Below, piece after piece: positions 58,402-64,000 of a stretch of DNA of 64,000 nucleotides. The DNA is from Saprospiraceae bacterium. Lineage in GTDB: Bacteria; Bacteroidota; Bacteroidia; Chitinophagales; Saprospiraceae. Location of the stretch: the NCBI GenBank assembly GCA_036741235.1, contig DAINSQ010000004.1:4200-68199 (forward strand), read 5' to 3'. Both the position numbers and the translations under genes were made by a program. Position 1 is the first letter of the stretch. The number at the start of each line of letters is the position of its first letter. The notes beneath the pieces were generated by a model. The model did no database searches, was not told where the DNA came from, and worked only from the letters and a program-made list of their open reading frames with translations.

Positions 58402-59157
58402 TCAGGCAGCTGAAGTACGTTTGATGATCTCTTTGCACAACGCCAGATAATCATCGGCGCCGGCGCTGTTGCGGTCATAGGCAAAAATATCCTTGCGGTG
58501 CGAGGGCGCCTCGGCCAGTGTTACGTTATCGCGAATGAAAGTTTCAAACAACAACTCGCCGAAAAATTTTCGGATCGTCTCTACTACATCGCGGTTGAGT
58601 ACCTTGCGACTGTCGTACATCGTAGCTATTACCCCGCCAATATCCAGCTTTTTGTTGAGTCGAAGCTTTACCTTCTGGATCACTTGCTTGATCTTGGCCA
58701 AACCCTGCATAGCAAGAAATTGCGTTTGGAGGGGAATGTAGATAGTATCGCTGGCCGTCAACGCGTTGAGGGTAAGCAACCCAAGCGAAGGAGGGCAATC
58801 AATGAAGATGTAATCGTATGATTCGCGAAATGGTTCCAGCAATTCTTTGAGAATATACTCCCTGCCCGCTTCGTTGAGCAATTCCATCTCTATGCCCGAC
58901 AGATCGAGCACAGAGCCCACCACGTCTAGCCCGGGTTTTGCCGTATACGGGGCCAGATCGCCTTCTCCGCGCATGGCCTCGTACATGGTCACTTGTAATC
59001 GGGGTAGCCCCAGCGACAAGCTCAGATTAGCCTGGGGGTCCAGATCTATGAGCAATACTTTTTTGCCTAATTCTACTAATCCCGCACCAATATTAACGGC
59101 ACAGGTCGTTTTTCCTACGCCGCCTTTATGGTTGAGCAATGAAATGATATGTCCCAT
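58402..59157 (-). CDS. ParA/Soj-family deviant Walker A ATPase
   Basis: MGHIISLLNHKGGVGKTT (the KGGxGK[ST] motif with the signature Lys), DLDPQ, IFIDCPPS. The ATG at 59157 is preferred over the GTG at 59175. Confidence 0.88.
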   Translation of the reverse strand: MGHIISLLNHKGGVGKTTCAVNIGAGLVELGKKVLLIDLDPQANLSLSLGLPRLQVTMYEAMRGEGDLAPYTAKPGLDVVGSVLDLSGIEMELLNEAGREYILKELLEPFRESYDYIFIDCPPSLGLLTLNALTASDTIYIPLQTQFLAMQGLAKIKQVIQKVKLRLNKKLDIGGVIATMYDSRKVLNRDVVETIRKFFGELLFETFIRDNVTLAEAPSHRKDIFAYDRNSAGADDYLALCKEIIKRTSAA

Positions 59158-59167
59158 ATGTTTTTTT

Positions 59168-59209
59168 GCTTCCACAAGCGCAAGCCGGCAAGGCTATACT
59201 TGTGGAAGC
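59168..59209. promoter_or_regulatory. 11-bp perfect inverted repeat (GCTTCCACAAG-N20-CTTGTGGAAGC), candidate operator or centromere-like site
   Basis: Read directly. It sits between the -7 box (59209-59216) and the parA-like start codon. Confidence 0.45.
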
Positions 59210-59216
59210 AAAAATA
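59209..59216 (-). promoter_or_regulatory. Bacteroidota-type -7 box (TATTTTTG on minus strand) for the parA-like operon
   Basis: Plus-strand CAAAAATA, 52 nt upstream of the ATG at 59157. Confidence 0.4.
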
Positions 59217-59268
59217 ACTTTTTTCGCTGTATTTCTATACACTCTTCCTCACGCACCCTCTCCCTTAC

Positions 59269-60831
59269 CTATTCACTGCCTGCTTTGAGGTTGAGTTCTT
59301 TTCGCGGCAATTTAGCGTCGCGCTGCGAGGTATGCCACACGAAAGAAGCAATGATCGTGGCGGCCTGCTTTAGGTCTTCCTCCGATAGATGGTCCAGGTT
59401 GTCCATGTTGGAATGGTGCGTACGGGTAGAGTAGGCCATTTCATCCTGGATAAACTGAAAGCCCGGTATGCCTGCTGCGTCGAATGCCAGGTGGTCGGTA
59501 CCGCCGGTATTCGACAGGGTGAGGGTGGTAGCGCCGAGGTCTTTGAAGGCATCGAGCCAGGCCCGGAAGATTGGACCTACGGCTTGATTTCCCTGCTGGT
59601 AAACGCCCCTGATTTTGCCGGTGCCGTTATCGAGGTTGTAGTAGGCCGAAACTTTGTCCTGCTCGGGTTTTAGCGATTGGGCATTGCCCATATTGTCAGT
59701 ATCAGCAAAATGTTGTTTGACATAACCGCGGGAGCCGTAAAGCCCCTGCTCCTCGCCCGTCCACAACGCCAGTCGCAAAGTACGGCGGGGCTGAACGCCG
59801 CTTTCTTTGATCGTTTCGAGCAAAATGCGGGCGGCCTCCACCATCACTGCCGAGCCTGCGGCATTGTCGGTAGCGCCGGTAGCGGTGTGCCAGGAGTCGA
59901 AGTGAGCGCCAAACATAACGATCTCATCTTTGAGGTCCGTACCGGGTATTTCGGCAATAACGTTGTGCTCCATACCCTGATCGGGGTTGTGATAAGCCGA
60001 TTCAATTTGCATGCTGAGCGACACGGGGATACCCCTTTTGAGCAGGCGGAACAGCCGGTTGTAATGCTCAACGCTCATAGTCACCTGGGGGATGATCTCG
60101 GCTTTTTCTTCCCAGGCGCGTCCTTCCAATGCGCGGGCGCCCGACAGGAAAACGGTTCCCAGATCGCCTTTATAGCTGCGGTCGATAATAGCCAGCGGTT
60201 TTTCCTCACCCAGCAGTTTCCAGAGTTTATCGTTGAAGCCGCCGCGGCTGCCCTGCCAGTTGCGCATGGGCCGCGGTACCGGCATTGGCGAGTTAGCAAG
60301 GTTGAGCAATTCATCGGCCTCATAGCGGGTAGCCGGCGCGTCAAACCATTCCTTTACCACGCGCAGGGTATCAAAAAATACAAACTTGCCACCCAATTTG
60401 CCCTTGTACTTGTCCAGGTCTTCTTCCGTTTCAGCTTCCAGGTAGATAACTTCGCCTTTTACCAGGCCCTTGGTGGAGGGCGACCACGCTTTGGGATAAG
60501 CCAGCACGGGGAAATAATTGGGCGACGTGGCGTGCATCTCAAAGTGCTTGAGCTCCCATCCGCGGCCAAACGGCCCCCAGGTTTCAGTATGCACGTTGGC
60601 CATACCCCAGTTTTTCAGGGTTTCAACCGCCCAGCCGGTGGCTTTATCCAGCATGGGCGACCCCGTAAGGCGCGGGCCGTATACGTCGGTCATCAGTGCC
60701 GCAATTTCCATGACCTGGCTCTGCTCCAGGCCGTGCTTGCGAATCAGTTTGTTGATCTCTTCGTCAACTTTTTCCTGCCCCCACATTGGCAAGGCAACTA
60801 TCAACAATAGCAGTGTAAACCATTTTGACAT
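59269..60831 (-). CDS. secreted M28 family aminopeptidase
   Basis: Signal peptide MSKWFTLLLLIVALPMWGQ. Zinc-ligand motifs HFDSWH, GATDNAAGSAV, GEEQGLYGS, TDHLAFD. Confidence 0.88.
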   Translation of the reverse strand: MSKWFTLLLLIVALPMWGQEKVDEEINKLIRKHGLEQSQVMEIAALMTDVYGPRLTGSPMLDKATGWAVETLKNWGMANVHTETWGPFGRGWELKHFEMHATSPNYFPVLAYPKAWSPSTKGLVKGEVIYLEAETEEDLDKYKGKLGGKFVFFDTLRVVKEWFDAPATRYEADELLNLANSPMPVPRPMRNWQGSRGGFNDKLWKLLGEEKPLAIIDRSYKGDLGTVFLSGARALEGRAWEEKAEIIPQVTMSVEHYNRLFRLLKRGIPVSLSMQIESAYHNPDQGMEHNVIAEIPGTDLKDEIVMFGAHFDSWHTATGATDNAAGSAVMVEAARILLETIKESGVQPRRTLRLALWTGEEQGLYGSRGYVKQHFADTDNMGNAQSLKPEQDKVSAYYNLDNGTGKIRGVYQQGNQAVGPIFRAWLDAFKDLGATTLTLSNTGGTDHLAFDAAGIPGFQFIQDEMAYSTRTHHSNMDNLDHLSEEDLKQAATIIASFVWHTSQRDAKLPRKELNLKAGSE

Positions 60832-60849
60832 AGTCTGGATGTTTTTGTG

Positions 60850-60980
60850 AAAGGTTGATGAATGTTGATGAAAGGTTATGAAAGGTTATGAAAGGTTATG
60901 AAAGGTTATGAGGGGCTATGAAGGCAACAATATAACCTTTCATAACCCCTCATAACCCCTCATAACCCCTCATAACCCCT
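60850..60980 (-). repeat. palindromic array of 10-bp tandem repeats (left arm AAAGGTTATG-type x about 7, right arm CATAACCCCT x4 plus TATAACCTTT)
   Basis: Read directly. It fills most of the intergenic region between the stop of 61013-62332 and the start of 59269-60831, both on the minus strand. Confidence 0.9.
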
Positions 60981-61012
60981 CAAATGATGATAGGCAGGAA
61001 TAAAGTACAAAG

Positions 61013-62332
61013 TTATAAAGCCCGGCGAACTCCCACATTAATTCCGGAGATAAAATAGCGCTGATCCACCTCGAAATGGCTGCGGGTAAGCGAACGGGGA
61101 TAAATCCGGAAGCCGGGTTCAAATAGCAATTGCCAGCCGGGTTTCACATGATACAGGATACCCATACTCGCATACCAACCTACGCCGATGCGGTGTCGGA
61201 ATGCTTGACCTGCTGCATTTTCAGCGGCGTCAAACCCGATGGGGCGTTGTAAATCTTCTGGCGACATGAACTGTCCCTTGGCGTCAAGTAGCATATTGAT
61301 ATGGGCGCCGGCATTGAGCGCAAAAGTCAATTTGCCAAAATCCATTTCATACCCGGCGAGTAAGGGTATATCGAGCCATTGGTACCGGTTGTCGGCCTTG
61401 TATTCAGCGCCGTTAACCACTATTGTATCCGTTCGGATCAAGTGACCGTCAGAACCGTAAATATCAGTAATGATAATGCGTTGCTCGTTGGGGTTGAAAA
61501 AGCTGAAATTTTCATTCACCTGGCCGTAATGCAAACCCGTTTTGAGAACAAATCCGCTTTCTGAAACCAGTGCAAGACGCAACGCAGCGCTTACCGCAAA
61601 ATCGGCGCTCTCTGTTTGCTGCCTCAGGCGGGCATAATCAAGGGCTTCAGCTTGCCGGGGCCGGAATTCGCGCATAGGCAATTCAGGCGCGGCCACAACC
61701 TCCAGATGAAAACGCCAGGTGCTTCCGCCAAACCGGGCGCACTTGATATACTGAGGCAAAGGCAGCGGCGGTGAGTCGAATGTCAAGGTTGGCAAAAGGT
61801 CCGGCGGCGACCATCTCGATTTATTGCCGGTTGCCGGAGCGGCGGCAGCAGCGTCGACAACAATGGCTTTTTCTTCGCTTACAGGATCACCTTCCGTTTG
61901 AGCAGCTAAACCCTGAACAGCTAATTCAGTTGTTAGCGAAGTTACTCCCGTTTGTACATTTGCCGGCGACTGAACAGCCGTATTGGCATATATGGGCGTC
62001 GGCGGGACTGCGACGGCAGGCATGGCGGCGGGGGAACCGGGTTCGGCAAAGGCATTTTTGTCTTGCGAAATTGCTACTGGCGATAAGTAGAAGTTGCCCA
62101 AAACGGGATCGCCGGCAGGCACAGGCTGTTGATACAGCCACCATGCAGCTGCCAATGCAAGAGTGAGTATGGCAGCGCTGCCCGTCAAAACCAGGCGACC
62201 GGCCCACCAACGGGGGGCGGGCCGATTTTCACGAGCCTTGGCTATGCGTTCCCACATGTAGGGTGGCGCCGGCACACTGTGATTTGCCAGTTTCTGTTTG
62301 AATATATCGTCTACCTCAAGGCGACGTTTCAT
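61013..62332 (-). CDS. putative anti-sigma factor / membrane protein with a large beta-rich C-terminal domain
   Basis: Its start overlaps the ECF sigma gene stop by 4 nt. Short cytoplasmic N-terminus, one TM helix (LVLTGSAAILTLALAAAWWLY), Pro/Ala-rich linker, and a ~230-aa beta-strand-rich C-terminal region. Confidence 0.55.
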   Translation of the reverse strand: MKRRLEVDDIFKQKLANHSVPAPPYMWERIAKARENRPAPRWWAGRLVLTGSAAILTLALAAAWWLYQQPVPAGDPVLGNFYLSPVAISQDKNAFAEPGSPAAMPAVAVPPTPIYANTAVQSPANVQTGVTSLTTELAVQGLAAQTEGDPVSEEKAIVVDAAAAAPATGNKSRWSPPDLLPTLTFDSPPLPLPQYIKCARFGGSTWRFHLEVVAAPELPMREFRPRQAEALDYARLRQQTESADFAVSAALRLALVSESGFVLKTGLHYGQVNENFSFFNPNEQRIIITDIYGSDGHLIRTDTIVVNGAEYKADNRYQWLDIPLLAGYEMDFGKLTFALNAGAHINMLLDAKGQFMSPEDLQRPIGFDAAENAAGQAFRHRIGVGWYASMGILYHVKPGWQLLFEPGFRIYPRSLTRSHFEVDQRYFISGINVGVRRAL

Positions 62333-62865
62333 ACTGCAATTTTTTGCGTTTCTTCAATTAATGTCTGTAGCATTTTGCGCGCTTTGACGAGTTGCGACCG
62401 CGAAGTGCTCTCCTGAATGTCCAGCATTTCTGCTATCTCCTTATGGCTATAGCCCTCAATAGCGTATAGGTTAAACACCACCCGATAGCCATGCGGCAAC
62501 GAGGCGATCAACGCAAGCAACTCTTCCTCGCTGAGATGATCGTAAATAGTAGGCTCAATAGCGGGATCAGGCAGATTATCCGTACCGATTTGCTCGTTGA
62601 CGAAACTCTTGCGGCTGTAATTCTTCAATGCGGTATTAACCACAATCTTCCGGATCCATCCTTCGAAAGATCCTTTTGATTCAAACTGACCAATATTGTC
62701 GAATACCTTGATAAAGGCATCCTGCAAAATATCTTCGGCTTCCATTCGGTGACGGGCATAACGCAGGCATATTGCGAACATTTTGCCCGCATAGCGCTGG
62801 AAAACCTCTTGCTGGCAAAGCCGGTCTTCCCGCATACAGCCCTTGATCATTTCGCTTTCCGTCAC
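62329..62865 (-). CDS. ECF-type RNA polymerase sigma-70 family factor
   Basis: 178 aa. Region 2 (EDILQDAFIKVF) and the region 4 HTH (YRVVFNLYAIEGYSHKEIAEMLDIQESTSRSQLVKARKML). Confidence 0.9.
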   Translation of the reverse strand: MTESEMIKGCMREDRLCQQEVFQRYAGKMFAICLRYARHRMEAEDILQDAFIKVFDNIGQFESKGSFEGWIRKIVVNTALKNYSRKSFVNEQIGTDNLPDPAIEPTIYDHLSEEELLALIASLPHGYRVVFNLYAIEGYSHKEIAEMLDIQESTSRSQLVKARKMLQTLIEETQKIAV

Positions 62866-63073
62866 AGATATGGCGTTAGTTGACTTCTATTGTATAACGA
62901 TCTGAACGTTGATATGTTGACCCTCGTCTATAATCGCTCCGCTCTTTTTCTGCCCGGGCTGCTATTCTCTTGAGGCTGGATAAGGCCCAATCGCTGCCCG
63001 GTTGCAGAAATTATTTTCCAAATTATACTTTTTCTTGCAATTATGCCGCTATCTTAAGACATTAACCAAAAAA

Positions 63074-63526
63074 ATGGCGATTTCTATGAATGAATCAGCC
63101 GATGTGCGCAAAGCCAGGCAAATTGTTGATCAAATGTACGAAAACGATGCTTTCAGCCAGTGGTTGGGTATTGAACGGCTTGAGGTATTCCCCGGTAATT
63201 GTGTGCTGCGCATGGCGATCAGACCGGAAATGCTTAACGGCTTCCATATTTCTCACGGCGGCATTGCCTATGCCTTCGCCGATAGCGCCCTGGCTTTCGC
63301 TTCCAATTCCCGAGGTATGCAGGCCGTTTCAGTAGAGACATCCATTTCTCACACCGCTCCGCTGCATGCCGGCGATGTGATTACCGCAATTGCCACCGAA
63401 GAACATCTGGGTCATAAAATCGCTATTTACCGCGTAGAAGTAGTGAATCAACACGATCACCGCATCGCTATATTCAAAGGAACTGTCTACCGCACGTCGA
63501 AACCGTGGTCGATCACAGCAGAATAA
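63074..63526 (+). CDS. paaI: hydroxyphenylacetyl-CoA thioesterase PaaI (hotdog fold)
   Basis: 150 aa from MAISMNES. The segments FSQWLGIE, NGFHISHGGIAYAFADSALAFA and the hotdog pattern are typical of PaaI-family thioesterases. Confidence 0.75.
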   Translation: MAISMNESADVRKARQIVDQMYENDAFSQWLGIERLEVFPGNCVLRMAIRPEMLNGFHISHGGIAYAFADSALAFASNSRGMQAVSVETSISHTAPLHAGDVITAIATEEHLGHKIAIYRVEVVNQHDHRIAIFKGTVYRTSKPWSITAE

Positions 63527-63552
63527 TATTTTTTCACAAAAACAATCAACCA

Positions 63553-64000
63553 ATGAAAAATGTAATCCTGAGTTTGGCGTTTATCCTGTCAACGGGCGCT
63601 GTTGCCACTGCACAAAGCGTCGATCCTGTCAAGTATTTTGAGTTTCTCAACAATGAGCATGTAGCCATAGTATCTAAAAGCCTTGAATACGTGCAATACT
63701 CGGTGCACAGCGACGATTTGGCGGAAGTGGAGCGCAAACGCGTAGAGTTGATTAGCCAAATTGGCATCGCCACCGTTAATGTCAACAACCAGCCCGCCGA
63801 CAAAACAACTGCGCCGCTTAAAGCCGATATGCTCAATGTGCTCAATGCCTATAAAGAAGCTTTTCGTAATGAATTCACCACGCTGTTGCAATTAAAAATG
63901 GAAAGCGACAACTCCTACGAGGCGATGCAGAAGTACCTCGACGCCCAGGATACCGTGGAAAAGAAACTGGCCCAGGCCGCCGACAAGTTCCTGCAAGCGC
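63553..64000 (+). CDS. secreted hypothetical protein, 3'-truncated by window edge
   Basis: ATG at 63553, signal peptide MKNVILSLAFILSTGAVATAQS. The frame is open to the end of the window. It is not in the supplied ORF track because no stop codon is reached. Confidence 0.6.
   Translation, partial: MKNVILSLAFILSTGAVATAQSVDPVKYFEFLNNEHVAIVSKSLEYVQYSVHSDDLAEVERKRVELISQIGIATVNVNNQPADKTTAPLKADMLNVLNAYKEAFRNEFTTLLQLKMESDNSYEAMQKYLDAQDTVEKKLAQAADKFLQA

Noticed and set aside
59677-60810. A 377-aa ORF on the plus strand, antisense to the M28 peptidase gene.
   Set aside because: The minus-strand frame carries clear M28 zinc-ligand motifs and a signal peptide. The plus-strand translation is low-complexity (Ala/Gly/Arg/Val-rich) with no motif, which is typical of a shadow ORF in GC-rich coding DNA.
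1-64000. Search for tRNA, rRNA, transposase, integrase or prophage genes.
   Set aside because: No GTTCGAATC-type T-loop context or cloverleaf candidates were seen in intergenic regions. No ORF has DDE-transposase, tyrosine or serine recombinase, or phage structural motifs. Intergenic spaces are mostly under 200 bp.

Overview
This is a chromosomal segment from a Bacteroidota genome. The assignment rests on many Por/T9SS C-terminal sorting domains, TAnnTTTG-type -7 promoter boxes and very tight gene packing; a Saprospiria or Chitinophagia-like lineage is only a guess. I call about 43 protein-coding genes and found no rRNA, tRNA, CRISPR array, transposase or integrase. Housekeeping genes (rlmN, mfd, prs, rplY, adk, glyA, paaABC, paaI) are interspersed with an unusually dense set of secreted T9SS cargo proteins: a metzincin protease, a purple-acid-phosphatase-like esterase, a pentaheme cytochrome c, a 2251-aa type-B adhesin, a BNR propeller, a PA-domain protein and others. 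The items most worth a second look are listed here. (1) A cytoplasmic two-gene module pairs an intact C14 caspase with a 983-aa protein made of two catalytically dead caspase folds plus TPR-like repeats, partly inside a strongly AT-rich block. (2) A 1249-aa fusion carries two D-Ala-D-Ala-ligase-like ATP-grasp modules, a TM helix and three PASTA domains. (3) A pentaheme cytochrome c carries a T9SS export tail. (4) Two intergenic arrays of 8-bp and 10-bp tandem repeats each have inverted copies whose variant positions stay paired (G-U) only in the minus-strand transcript. (5) A nitrilase-family gene is interrupted by one in-frame TAA. (6) A ParA plus RHH-like cassette has an 11-bp perfect inverted repeat at its promoter. 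All functional calls come from reading motifs by eye in the supplied translations. No database search was run.
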